Shown here in pieces: positions 21,041-34,244 of a stretch of 64,000 bases of DNA (position 1 is its first letter; each line of letters begins with the position of its first letter). Source of the DNA: Eledone cirrhosa (Eukaryota); contig OZ024744.1 in the NCBI GenBank assembly GCA_964016885.1, positions 26,598,001 through 26,662,000 on the forward strand, given 5' to 3'. A program made the position numbers and the translations under genes. Under the pieces are notes generated by a model, which worked only from the letters and a program-made list of their open reading frames with translations, was not told where the DNA came from and ran no database searches.

Positions 21041-21639
21041 CCCATAATCCCTATTAATGCGAAGAATTAGAATGTCAGATAGAATACTTTATGTTATTCG
21101 TTCCAGCTTTCTGACTTCTGAGTTCAAATCCTGCCGATGTCAACTTTGCCTTTCATCCTTTTGAGATCGATAAAATAAAGTACCAGTCTATTACTGGAGT
21201 CAATTCTTCCTCTATATCTCTTATTCACTTCCATTCTACTACTCTCTATCCTGGAAGAAATCTTCTGTACTACAACCTGGACTAAACCATACCAATCTTT
21301 ATTTATATTTCAACTCCAATTGCTACTATAGGTTTAGAAAAAATACTAAATATAAATACATAAACGACTGTGATATTAGGAATAAACCCCTTGTATTACT
21401 TCACTAGATTCTACCCTAAGATTTAAACAATTAATTTTATTTATTAGTGGAATAAATCAAGTAAATACAGTTTAATAGAAAAAGAAAAACAGAAAATATA
21501 AATTGAGAATAATGGAATGTAAAATAGGGAAATATTTTTAAAAAAAAGAGAAAAAAACGGAAAAGGGAGGAAACGGTAAAGGCTGTAGAGTCACAGAAGA
21601 AACGGGGGAGGGAGAGGGGGATTGGCCTCTGGGCCTAGG

Positions 21640-21862
21640 GTACATTGGTAATAGGAGCTGCACCCTGCGGACAAGACCACAAAAGCATTCCCGCGGACAC
21701 TGGCCAGTAGCCCCACTACCTCGTAGGGTTCTTTCCCCAGCCCAGACAGGCCACCGACATTCCGAACTTGTGGAGGAGCATGACAGTATGGTGTACAAGT
21801 ACGCCTGAGGCCTCTACGGCCACCAGTGTGAAGAGGAAGCGGCCGGGCAATCGCAGGTATTT
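21640..21862 (-). pseudogene. 3' fragment of a CRE-like RLE non-LTR retrotransposon
   Basis: Minus frames read KYLRLPGRFLFTLVAVEASGVL...(frameshift)...LLASVRGNAFVVLSAG, resembling the CRE C-terminal KY..F.P.AVE..G...RGNA signature. Confidence 0.55.
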
Positions 21863-22237
21863 GTTGTTATTACTGTGAAAAAATACATAAAGGATGGTTG
21901 TTAGGGAAAAAGTGTACCCTTTTGTTGTGGGATATTTGTTGGTACTGTTTGTGTTGTTGCTGGCGCTGCTGGTGGTGTCCTCTTCGTTGTTGCTGTTGCT
22001 GTTTCTCTTCTTCTTCTTCTTCTTCTTCTTCTTCTTCTTCTTCTTCTTCTTCTTCTTCTTTCTTTCTTTTATTACTGCCCCCGTTGTTGTTGTTATTGTT
22101 GTAGATGTTATTGTTTCCGTATAGGTGACACTTTTTGTTTGTCTGTTTGTTGTTTTTGTTGTTGTTGTTGTTGCTTTAAGTCTTATATAGCTATTTAAAT
22201 ATTTATTTTCGTAGCTTTTACATGTTCAAGATAGAAC

Positions 22238-25200
22238 AGGGGAAGAAACAGGAGAAAACGGGAGTACGGGAGACGACACGAGAAGACGGGAATACGGGAG
22301 GGGACAGGAGAAGACGGGAATACGGGAGGGGACAGGAGAAGACGGGGACACGAGAAGACCGGAATACGGGAGGGAACAGGAGAAGACGGGAATACGGGAG
22401 GGAACACGAGAAGACGGGAATACGGGAGGGAACAGGAGACAGCGGGAACACGAGCCGGTGGGAATACGGGAGGGGACACAACAAAACGGGAATACGGGAG
22501 GGAACAGGAGAAGACGGGAATACGGGAGGGAACACGAGAGGGAGGGAATTCGGGAGGGGACACGAGAGGGAGGGAATTCGGGAGGGGACACAAGAAGACG
22601 AGAATACGGGAGGGAACACAAGAAGACGGGAATACGGGAGGGAACAAAATAGTGAGGGAATACGGAGGTAACACGAGAAGACGGGAATACGGAAGGGAAC
22701 ACAAGAATACGGGAACACGAGAAGTCGGGATACGGGAGGGGACACAAATAGACGGGAATACGGGGAGGGGCACAAGAAGACGGGAATACGAGAGAGGACA
22801 AAAGAAGAAGGGAACACGAGACGGCGGGAATACAGGAGGGGACACGAGAATACGGGAATACGGGAGGGAACACGAGAAGAAAGGAATACCGTTGGGAACA
22901 CAAAAAGACGGCAATACGGGAAGGAACACAAGAAGAGGGAACACCAGAAGACGGGAGGGAACACAGGAAGACGGGAACACGAGAAAGCGGAAATACGGGA
23001 GGGTACACAAGAGGGAGGGAATACGGGAGGGAACAGAAGAAGACGGGAATACGGGAGGGAACACGAGAAGACGGGAATACGGGAGGGAACACGAGAAGAC
23101 GTGAATACGAGAAGGAACACGAGACGGCGGGAATACGGGAGGGAACACAAGAAGACGGGAAGACGGGAGGGAAAACAAGAAGACGGGAATACGGGAAGGA
23201 ACACGAAAAGAAGGGAATACGGGAGGGAACACAAGAAGACGGGAAGACGGGAGGGAAAACAAGAAGACGGGAATACGGGAAGGAACACGAAAAGAAGGGA
23301 ATACGGGAGGGAACACGAAAGACGGGAATACGGGAGGGGACACAAGAGGGAGGGAATACGGGAGGGAACACGAAAGACGGGAATACGGGAGGAACACGAG
23401 AAGACGGGAATACGGGAGGGGACACGAGAAGACAGGAATACGGGAGGGAATACAAGGAAGACGGGAACACGAGAAGACGGGAATACGGGAAGGAACACAA
23501 AAAGACGGACATACGGGAGGGAACACAGGAAACGGAAACACGAGAAGACGGGAATACGGGAGGGAACACGGGAGGGAGGGAATACGGGAGAGAACACAAG
23601 AGGGAGGGAATACGGGAACGAACACAAGAAGACCGGAATACGGGAGGGAACACGAGAGGGAGCGAATACGGGGGGAACACAAGAGGGAGGGAATACGGGA
23701 GGGGACCCAAGAAGACGGGAATACAGGTGGGAACACAGAGGGAGAGAATACAGGAGGCAATACGGGAGGGGACACAAGAAGACGGGAATACGGGAGGGAA
23801 CACGTGAAGACGGGAATACGCGAGCGGACACGAGAGGGAGGGAATACGGGAGGGAACACGAGAAGACGGGAATACGGGAGGGGTCACGAGAAAACGGGAA
23901 TAGGGGAGGGCACACGAGAAGACGGGAATACGGGAGGTGACACGAGAAGACTGGAATGTGGGAGGGAACACGAGAAGACGGGAATACGGGAGGGAACACA
24001 AGAACGGGAACACGGGAGGGGACACGAGGTGACGGGGATACGGTAGAGGACTCAAGAGGGAGGGAATACGGAAGAGAACACAAAAAGACGGGAATACGGG
24101 AGGGAACACAAGAAGTCGGAAATAGGGAGGGGGCACAAGTTACGGGAATACGGGAGGGGATGCAAGAAGACGGAATACAGGAGGGAACACGAGAAGACGG
24201 GAATACGTGAGGTAACACAAGAGGGAGGGAATATGGGAGGGAACACAAGAGGGCGGGAATACGGGAGGGATCCAAGAAGACGGGAATACGGGAGGTAACA
24301 CAAGAGGGAGGGAATACGGTAGGGAATACGGGAGGGAACACACGAAGACGGGAATACGGGATGGAACACAAGAGGGAGGGAATACGTAAAGGGACCCAAG
24401 AAGACGGGAATACAGGAGGTGACACGAGAGGGAGGGAATACGGGAGGGAACACAAGATGACGGAACTACGGGAGGGGACACAAGAAGACGGGAATACAGG
24501 AAGGAACACGAGAAGACGGGAATACGGGATGGTACACAGGAAACGGGAACACGAGAAGACGGGAATACGGGAGGGAACACGGGAGGGAGGGAATACGGGA
24601 AAGAACACAAGAGCGAGGGAATACGGGAACGAACACAAGAAGACCGGAATACGGGAAGGAACACGAGAGGGAGGGAATACGGGGGGAACAAACACAAGAG
24701 GGAGGGAATACGGGAGGGGACCAAAAAGACGAGAATACAGGTGGGAACACAGAGGGAGGGAATACGGGAGGGGACACAAGAAGACGGGAATATGGGAGGG
24801 AGCACGAGAAGACCGGTACACGGGAGGGGACACAAGAGGGAGGGAATACGGGAGGGAACACGAGAAGACAGGAATACGCGAGCGGACACGACCATACGGG
24901 AGGGGACACGCGAAAACGGGAATAGGGGAGGGCACACGAGAAGACGGGAATACGGGAGGTGACACGAGAAGACTGGAATGCGGGAGGGAACACGAGAAAA
25001 CGGGAATACGGGAGGTGACACGAGAAGACTGGAATGCGGGAGGGAACACGAGAAGACGGGAATATGGGAGGGAACACAAGAAGACGGGAACACGGGAGGG
25101 AACACGAGAAGACGGGAATACGGGAGGGGACTCAAGAGGGAGGGAATACGGGAGAGAACACAAAAAGACGGGAATACGGGAGGGGACGCAAGAAGACGGA

Positions 25201-25770
25201 ATACGGGAGGGAACACGAGAAGACGGGAATACGTGAGGTAACACAAGAGGGAGGGAATACGGGAGGGAACACAAGAGGGAGGGAATACGTGAAGGGACCC
25301 AAGAAGACGGGAATACAGGAGGGAACACAGAGGGAGGGAATACGGTAGGGAATACGGGAGGGGACACAAGAAGACGGGAATACGGGAGTGAACACAAGGA
25401 GGAGGGAATACGGGAGGGAACACGAGAAGACGGGAATACGGGAGGGAACACGAGAGGGAGGGAATATGGGAGGGAACACGAGAAGACGGGAATACGTGAG
25501 GGGACGCAAGAGTGAGGGAATACGGGAGGGTATATGAGACGGCGGGAATACGGGAAGGAACACGAGAAGACGGGAATACAGGAGGGGACACGAGAAGACG
25601 GGAATACGGGAGGGGACACGAGAAGACGGGAATACGGGAGGAACACAAGATGACGAGAACACGGGAGGGGATACGAGAAGACGGGAATACGGGAGGGAAC
25701 ACGAGAAGACGGGAATACGGGATGGAACACAAGAAGACGGGAACACGGGAGAGGACACGAGAAGACGGGG
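22238..25770. repeat. Purine-rich 28-bp satellite (gggagggaacacgagaagacgggaatac)n, ~3.5 kb
   Basis: Direct reading; degenerate units with shared variant blocks about 1 kb apart. Confidence 0.95.
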
Positions 25771-26274
25771 TAGTTAATTGGAACAGTTTCAAACAATAAA
25801 CGAAAATTTCAAATTTATCGTTAATTTAGGAATTAATTCCATTTAATTTCTATTGCGCCATTTTAATAACGGGACCTTGTACTTTTGCAGACAACGAATA
25901 CAGTATTACAGAAAAGAAAAGGACAAAGACACAAAGAAAATAAACACAAACATGAGTGAGAAAAAGAGGAGAAAAGCCTTAACAAAACCAACAAAACAAA
26001 TAAAGAAAAACGTGAAGAGAAAATGGCTCATATTACCCGACCTGTTTACAAAATGTTGCTCAGAAAGTGTTAAAAAAATATAGCATAACATGAAAATTTA
26101 ACAAAACAACATTAAATAAAACCCATATATGGGTCATAGTTTCTGTCTCAATAGTTTGTAGAATTATATTCTCCTTATATACACAGTCATTTGACTGGTA
26201 ATTAGTCGTTTAAATAGTTTAGCTGTCGACAGGAAGTTAGCAAATTGAACACTGTCTACAGAAATTAATTTTCT

Positions 26275-26310
26275 ATATACATATTATATATATATTTGTG
26301 TGAGTGTTTG

Positions 26311-26342
<32 letters not shown>

Positions 26343-26487
26343 TGTATGTATGTATGTATGTATGTATGTATGTATGTATGTATGTATGTATGTATGTGTG
26401 TATGTGTGTATGTATGTATGTATGTATGTATGTATGTATGTATGTATGTATGCATGTATGTATAATGTAAGTATGTATATATGTATG

Positions 26488-26563
<76 letters not shown>

Positions 26564-26650
26564 TATACATATATATAAGTGTGTGTGTATGCATGTATGT
26601 ATATAAGTATATATATGTGTGTGTATATATATATATGTATGTATATAATA
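26275..26650. repeat. (TATG)n/(TA)n microsatellite
   Basis: Direct reading. Confidence 0.95.
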
Positions 26651-27257
26651 TGAAAGCCGCCAAGTGGTAGTTGATAATCACTGGGCATCGTATTACTCTA
26701 AGAGTAAAGGAGATACGCAAGCTTTGCTTCGCTTATACCATGAGACGGATCAAGATAGAGGAGAGGGGCCTTGGGAAGAGGAGGTGTGGGTTGGGCGGAA
26801 TTGGATCGGTGGTTGTTTAGGAGTGGGGTCTAATGTTTCTTTCTTTTTGGGGGTCATTTTATGTTTAATCGAGCATTAGTTGAAGATATTTAATTTCTTC
26901 TTTTACTGCTTTTTTCTTCTCCTAATATTAATAATTTTATTGTCGCCGTTGATTTTATTATTATTTATTATTATTATGATTATTATTTTTGTTGTTGTTA
27001 TTGCTATTTTATTATGCGTGGGTGTATTAAAATAAATTCATATCATCAGCCGTTTGGAATGATCAGACAAAAGTCATATACTGCGGGAATGAAATGGTCG
27101 TCAGTGGAGAAGGAAAGAAATATGTGACACAAGGGGTTCACGAGACATTTTTGTAGATTTTAAACTGGCATCTCTTCTTACAACAACCACCTAGCACAGA
27201 CGTTAGAACTTCAAAGAAATATAATTAAAAAACTGTTTTTGAAACTTTATAATATGA

Positions 27258-27850
27258 CTAGCTGGCCCCGTGCCGTCGAAAATGACGGCTAATTGTTGTA
27301 TCAACTATATAAAATGGCTCTGTCTTTTTCTCGTTAAACGACGTTTCCTTTCAATTGTGCTTTCCATTACTGAAACCAACATAAACTCGTACGACTTAAA
27401 GCCACAAAAAGCAGGCCGTGACATATAGTTGATGTTGTAAAAACTCCCCATTTAAAATCTGTTACATATATTTCATAATATAAATAAACATGTATGAACT
27501 GTTAAATTAAGGCTTGATATGTATTTATAATATAACCTTTCAAGTGCGGTCGTTTTATATTCTTGATACGATATTGCTAGGGACTCGGCTCCTTGGTCAA
27601 CACATACACACATACACTTAGACACACATACACTCACATACACATACTTTCACACAAGTGTAGCCAATCTAAGAACGCTGGTTAAGAATAATTATTACAT
27701 ACACACTCATCTATACAAAAATACATAAACAGACTCATTAGAGAAAATAATTATTACATGTACACACATTGTTTTGCTGTTAGAAGAGGAACCCGTGGCA
27801 CATCATCAGTAATATTATATGCTTTCATATACACTCTTGTTAAAATAGAT
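27258..27850 (-). mobile_element. Non-autonomous Helitron; 3' end clear, 5' end uncertain
   Basis: Minus 3' end: gccgtc attttc gacggc acggggccag CTAG|t (hairpin then CTAG). Confidence 0.5.
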
Positions 27851-28364
27851 ATGTCACTATTCTGTGGTTTGGTGTTCTCTTACTCTTTCCCCCACTGCCT
27901 CAGTCTCTATCGCTCTCCCCATCTCTCACTATTACAAGCAGGGGGCCCATGTGCTGCTTGCCCCGCGGCCCAGGTAGACAGAATAGAGAAGGCGTTTCCC
28001 GGCGGAAGGTGACGCATTGAAAGAGCCATTCCAGCGTTGTTCTTTGAACCACCCTGGTTTAGAATCGCTAAATCTTATGACAGGATCATGTCATGTTGGG
28101 CCATACTGGACACCATCTACCGATAGTTTGCCCATTGCCAGTACTGCCAGTCAGAATGAACTAGTATCACTTTCGTCAGTTACCAAGACAACGTCGACTA
28201 CCCTGCTTACAATGGAACTATATTAGAGGTTAATAATTGTTCTGGGAAGCAAATAAATTTAATTGATCTGATCACAGAAAATTCTGCGCAAATAATTCAG
28301 CTAGATCTCTCCATTCAGTGGGATACCGAGAGGAAGAGAGGCAAGAGGTATACATACAAACATA

Positions 28365-28432
<68 letters not shown>

Positions 28433-28433
<1 letters not shown>

Positions 28434-29280
28434 TAGCTGCAGTACCCGGTAATACCCGGGAAGGGGGGTATTCGCAGTTTCCAGAGTGTGTCTAAAAATG
28501 CTAGCGACCCTAGGTGCCCATACTGGATTTTCAATAGCAACCTTTGCTATGTGTGTTTATGGCAGATCAATATTATGTGTGGAACTATCAATAGCTGTTG
28601 AATTCATAAGTCCTTCTTCCATCTAGCTTTCTTCGTTCAGAGTGAATAAGACAGGGAAGTTTGAGCTAGAAGAGTATCGAACTTATTCAACACACTTATG
28701 TATAAGAGTAGCAAACTTACTGCCTTATCGCTCAAGAACAAACACAGAAGAACTGAGGAAGTCATCGCAATTATTGAAGAAATTATAACCGAGTGAACAT
28801 AATCAGGTACTGTTCAAGCCCCCTGTATGTCACCGTTTGTAAAGACCTTCGTATGACTGAAGCAATTCAATAAAACCATCCCGTTTTCCCCCTATAGCAG
28901 ACATAACCCGAGAAAACACACCATAATAAGTCGGATAAACAATCAGAAGTGTTGGCCCTAAAGAGGGCCTTGTACCGTTCACTGTTGCAAAGTGTCAATA
29001 ATGGGGGAGAAGTTACATCTTCTTAATTCGTGTTAATCTTCCCATGATCCGACACCTCGAAACATCGACAAAATAAACTCTACTCTCAAAAACCGTATGT
29101 TACAATTAACGTGCCGGGATAACGAATATTCGTCAACATACGATTTAGGTTTTATTCTTCGGACTAATCTCATGGTAAGCCAACTTCCATCACACTTTTT
29201 TAAAACTTATCACCGATTCCTGCAGTTGACCTGAATGTGACCTAAGTGTGCGCATGTGTTCAGAATCCATATCAGTGGAA

Positions 29281-29285
<5 letters not shown>
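28433..29285 (-). mobile_element. Non-autonomous Helitron between (TA)n tracts
   Basis: Minus 3' end: cccgg gtatta ccggg tactgcag CTAG. Confidence 0.55.
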
Positions 29286-29330
<45 letters not shown>

Positions 29331-29336
<6 letters not shown>

Positions 29337-29733
29337 AAACACAAAACGTGTTTGCATTGTAACAGACAAAGTTAGCTATTAATGAAATAAACTAATTAAA
29401 GTGAATACAATTTGTCTGTCTCGATATAAGTCAATAAAGACAAGCAAGATTTGGATATTTCACTTTTTATTTCAATTCCATTCGATTCTCTTTATTTTTC
29501 AATTAACGTACCACCGTTGCGAAACATATTTAGGTTTCGAGGTTCAAATTCATCTACGGAGCAGGTTTGGATTTTGAAATTTAAATTTGTCCAGGAACCA
29601 TGGCCTTTGCCAATATAAGCTCGTCTTTATTGACTTATATCGAGACAGACAAATTGTATTCACTTTAATTAGTTTATTTCATTAATAGCTAACTTTGTCT
29701 GTTACAATGCAAACACGTTTTGTGTTTATCATA
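29331..29733. repeat. ~110-bp inverted repeat (29331-29441 / 29623-29733) next to (TA)n
   Basis: Arms read as reverse complements. Confidence 0.88.
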
Positions 29734-31266
29734 TATTTTAATGTATTTAACTGCTCGGAAATGCCCCCTTTCTTGGAGCTGAATTATTGTAAACGACTGA
29801 GAGTTTATTCTCAAAATATAATATAGTATATATATATATGTATAAATGAAAGTATAGAAATTATTGTGAGCATGAAGCCAACAGTATTTCATAATATATA
29901 AGTGACTATAACATCAAAATGGAAAAATAATTAATGTAAGATGTGGGAAAATAATTCAAACTCAATTCCAAAAAAAAAGCAAGACAGATTTATTCACAGA
30001 TTTTGTGAAATCCAGGGCAAAATCAATAGAGCCTTAACTCTGAATAAAATAAAGTTTAAATACTCATCCTTCAATATATCTGTTAGAACACGAAAAGTGT
30101 GAAACACAGAATGTTCACTTTTCGTGTTCTAACATATATGCCTAGCTTCTTTAAAAATTTTTCGGGGATAGCCGTGGTGGTGATCGTATGTGATTGGCTA
30201 ATTTTCAACCAATCAGAGTACCTCTCTCTATATCTCTTCCACTGTTACTTACGCCTGTTTCTCTCTATCTGTTCCGTCTCTATTTATATCTCTTACTCTT
30301 TCGCTTTGCACTCCTCCCCTTCAATACCATCTCTCCCCCTCTCTATATATTTGTTACTCTATCGCTGCACGCTCCTCTCCTTCAATATATCAATTACACA
30401 CGCTTTACACTCCTTTATCCCCAGCGCCCCTATATATACACCCCCTCTCCCGCATATATATTTTAATGTACCGTTGCACCGTGAATACATGTGTCTATAT
30501 ATATATATACATATATATTGTATATACACATTCATGTATGTGTATACACACTCATGTATGTATATACACTGGTTTTATGTGTGTATTGTAAATTTGTACT
30601 GTTAAAACACGAAACTAACATTCGATTGACACTTTGATTACCTGTACAGGCAATAGTTATTAGAATGCTGTTGAAGTGTGTATATATTTTTGGGGGACAT
30701 CCTGTATATACACACATTATATATAATACAATAAACAGATAAATACACACATATATATATGAGCTTATTTAATTATAAATATTGTGAATTTTTAACTCAG
30801 TTCAATTATATATATAAATGGCTTCTACAGGACTAGAACTGTTTCATTCGAAAGAAATCATCATAATATTGAGAGGGGGGACTAGATAAAATATTTCAAA
30901 TCAAATGTGTATAAGTTATAAGTTAAAATGTATAAATAGAGACGATAGTGGAGGTATATCTGTTTAGTGGAACAGTAGACGATAGAATTAAATACAGACG
31001 ATAATCTCCCTTTAATGAAACAGCAGACGATAGAATTAAGGCAATTTAAATTTTAAGCATTTGCATTTTTGCCTTTCATCGTTACGGGGTCGATAAAATA
31101 AAGTACCAGTAATACACTGTCACTAGACGACTTTCAAATTGAATTGTTGGTTCCATTTCTTTAGTATTTTCAATTGTAGTTATCTACTTAAAAAGCGTTA
31201 CACGGTTAGAGACATAATTCGTAAGTTATATCTTCCCTATTAAACCATTGCATTATTTCGCCTACA

Positions 31267-31456
31267 GGGCGGTGAATTGGCAGTATCGGTAGAGGGTTGG
31301 ACGCCATGCTTTCTAGCATAGTTACGTCCCTTTACAGTCTGAGTTCAAATCCCGCCGAGGTTAACTTTGCCTTTCATCCTTACGGGGTCGATAAAATAAA
31401 GTACCAGTAATGTACTGGGTAATTTGCTGGCCTTGTGCCTAAAGTAGAAACAATTA
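31267..31456 (+). mobile_element. tRNA-headed SINE with 15-bp TSD
   Basis: attatttcgcctaca at 31252-31266 and 31453-31467. Confidence 0.9.
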
Positions 31457-31676
31457 TTTCGCCTACAATAGAACAAAAATGAAATGTTCTTTAAAGAAAC
31501 AGGAATATAACTTTATAAAAAAAAAAGTTGCATCCGCTTCTTTTATCATTGATAATTTTTTCGTTTTAATATTAATTGTTTTTTGCAGTTGTTTATATTA
31601 AAAATCTTACTGTAATATTTACTTAAACGAAGGCAAACATCTAAACTTATAGATTAATCTTGAGCGAAGGACTAGA

Positions 31677-31782
<106 letters not shown>

Positions 31783-32177
31783 AACGAAGAATGATAAAAT
31801 TTCAAGCAAAGAGTTTAATTAGGTATATTTTGTAATATTATTAACTAATTATTATAATTAACGCGCATATTTTGCTATCCTCAAACACGTTTACACATGG
31901 CATGAAATATAACTAATCCGAGATGGCTAGGTTTCATCTTCTAACTGGATAAACGAAATCCATTATGTCTTGACAACAACATGAGGTAACATTATGTTAT
32001 TCACAGACACACTTTGTACACTGTTCCATATCAGAATGTATTTCCTTCGTCACATTCACAAACAGTATTGAAAATATGTTCTTCGGCAAATAAAAATGTT
32101 TTGTTCATAATATTTCAACTAGCGATTGCTCTACTCCACGCACGACCACCATAAATTAATGACCAGCTCAACACAAG

Positions 32178-32348
32178 TATTGGTAGAGCGTCAGACACCA
32201 TGCTTTGCAGTATTGTTATGGTCCTTTGCATTCTAAGTTCAAATCCTGCCGAGGTTAACTTCGACTTTCATACTTACTAATTCGATAAAATAAAGTACCA
32301 GTAATGGACTGCCGTAATGGATTTGTGCCGAAAAATAGAAACACTATT
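32178..32348 (+). mobile_element. tRNA-headed SINE, decayed
   Basis: Same family motifs (agttcaaatcctgccgaggttaac, gataaaataaagtaccagtaa). Confidence 0.8.
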
Positions 32349-32899
32349 AATGTGCAATAAGAGCAAAATATAACGACATTGCTCAATTATTTTATCTAAT
32401 GTTGTAATAACACAAGGAAATGTTGTTTGTGTATTTTTTTTTATATTTGCTCATAGGCTTTTACAATTTCGCTCAGCCAACAACTATTAAAAAGTGAGTT
32501 GCTTAAGATAACAATTTAATCACAAATTGTTGCTATCTTTTAATACACTCCAACAAGTCATCAAATTATGTACAATAAAAACAAATCTTATTAATTTGCT
32601 CAGGGAATATAAAGAAAATGTATATACACTGATAATTGCAATTGTATGTAAATATTTTGTTTTTGTATTGTATATTTTATGTTTTCTATTATGTATAATA
32701 TATTGATTTAATATTGATTGTTTTTTGTAGTTGTTTATATTAAAAGTCTGAAAATATTTTTATACATCTTACACTAATATTTATAAGATAATTTATAATA
32801 ACAATTACATAATCTAATTACATTACAACGATAATTTATTATTAATATATATCCTGTTTAACTAGAGTTATTACAAGCGTTGCCTTAAAAAAATATTAA

Positions 32900-33856
32900 A
32901 CTAGACATGAAAAATGCGCAAGCTCAAAAGTGCCACAGAATGTTATAATAAACCTTCAAAAGTGTGGGACTAGAGTTGTTGCTAAAAAATATTGTAATCA
33001 TTATATATCGTACATTCTGTGGCATCCTTTATAAAAATAGCTTAAACCAACGAAGCCTTTATTTTTACGCTATTTCACTTAGTTAATTCTTAGAGTGTAA
33101 CATATAAAAATAAATACATCTATGTTTAATGTAATAACAGCTATAAATAATTACGTAATATTATTATCATATACTCATAGTAACAAAATAATTGTGTTGA
33201 AACTTAATATGATGCTTATATGAACGATCAAATCTATAATGATAATTTCTTAAATATACTAATAGTAAAATAATTTAGTTATCTATTGTTACATTTTCAT
33301 AGAACTATAATATTAACAATCGTATTGCATTATCAAATTTTTATCACTACAAACTTTCATATTGGAATTACCTTAAGCCACTTATTATTACTTCGCTTTC
33401 GTACTTTTACAGCTGTAGATATTGCGCTGTATCTTATATCTAATATCAATATCTTGTGGTAATTTGCATGAAGTGTAAAATAGGTTTATTAATAACTTTA
33501 ATATGAAATGTATTATACAGGGCTGCGGAGTCGGTCAAAAATTGACTGGCTCCAACTCAGGATCCGATACTCCATTATTTCCTAAATTTCAGCTCCGCAG
33601 CTCTGTTATTATATTAATTAATTTATTTTATAGTTGTAAATCATATTTTTATATGTTACACTCTAAGAATTAACTAAGTGAAATAGCGTAAAAATAAAGG
33701 CTTCGTTGGTTTAAGCTATTTTTATAAAGGATGCCACAGAATGTACGATATATAATGATTACAATATTTTTTAGCAACAACTCTAGTCCCACACTTTTGA
33801 AGGTTTATTATAACATTCTGTGGCACTTTTGAGCTTGCGCATTTTTCATGTCTAGT
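32900..33856. repeat. 213-bp inverted duplication (32900-33112 / 33644-33856)
   Basis: Arms appear identical as reverse complements. Confidence 0.9.
33518..33605. mobile_element. 88-bp hAT-type MITE
   Basis: TIR cagggctgcggag / ctccgcagctctg; 8-bp TSD gtattata / ttattata (7/8 match). Confidence 0.65.
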
Positions 33857-34244
33857 ATATATCTGTTCAGTCGTCAGCTGCCTCATTATGGAGGACTGAG
33901 TTGTGGGAGGAGGAAGGGAGTAGTGGGAGGGAGGGAGGGATTAACTTAGAGTAGTAGTATCTCCTCTGCCCCCCTCTCTCACTGAAACTTCTTATCTTTC
34001 CTCCTCCATTGTAAAGATGTCCTCAGGGGGTTCCATAATTGATTTTTTTATAGAAATCCAATTAAGCAGTCCTGTTTCTGAATATTAGCTTAATATATGA
34101 GTAAAGTTTCATCAGGATCGGATCACTGGTGTAGACGCCAACTGGTTAAATACAATTTACACAGATACACAGACAGACAGAAATTGCCATTTATATCGAC
34201 TAGCAGAAAACCACCCGGTGGGTGGTTTTCTGCTAGTCGATATA
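33857..34244. mobile_element. Helitron/HINE-like fragment ending in a perfect 25-bp-arm palindrome
   Basis: aagtttcatcaggatcgg...acagacagacag...tttatat motif, then tatatcgactagcagaaaaccaccc ggt gggtggttttctgctagtcgatata. Confidence 0.5.

Noticed and set aside
21600-21862. RNase MRP/P RNA or host exon (ggggaaag motif; cag|gtattt donor-like site)
   Set aside because: No GARAGUCCCC or CR-V match; better explained as a CRE-like coding remnant
22195-25799. Very long ORFs (up to 1192 aa) as a protein-coding gene
   Set aside because: The satellite is T-poor on plus and A-poor on minus, so stops are rare in all frames; the translations are just the 28-bp unit in rotating frames
30825-30870. Hammerhead-like motif (minus ATGATGA..GAAAcagttctagTC; related CTGGTGA copy at ~35255-35290)
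   Set aside because: Core mutated in both copies and no stem I pairing; at best a fossil, not counted
31267-31360. tRNA genes at SINE heads
   Set aside because: A/B-box-like motifs only; no complete cloverleaf, and always attached to the SINE body
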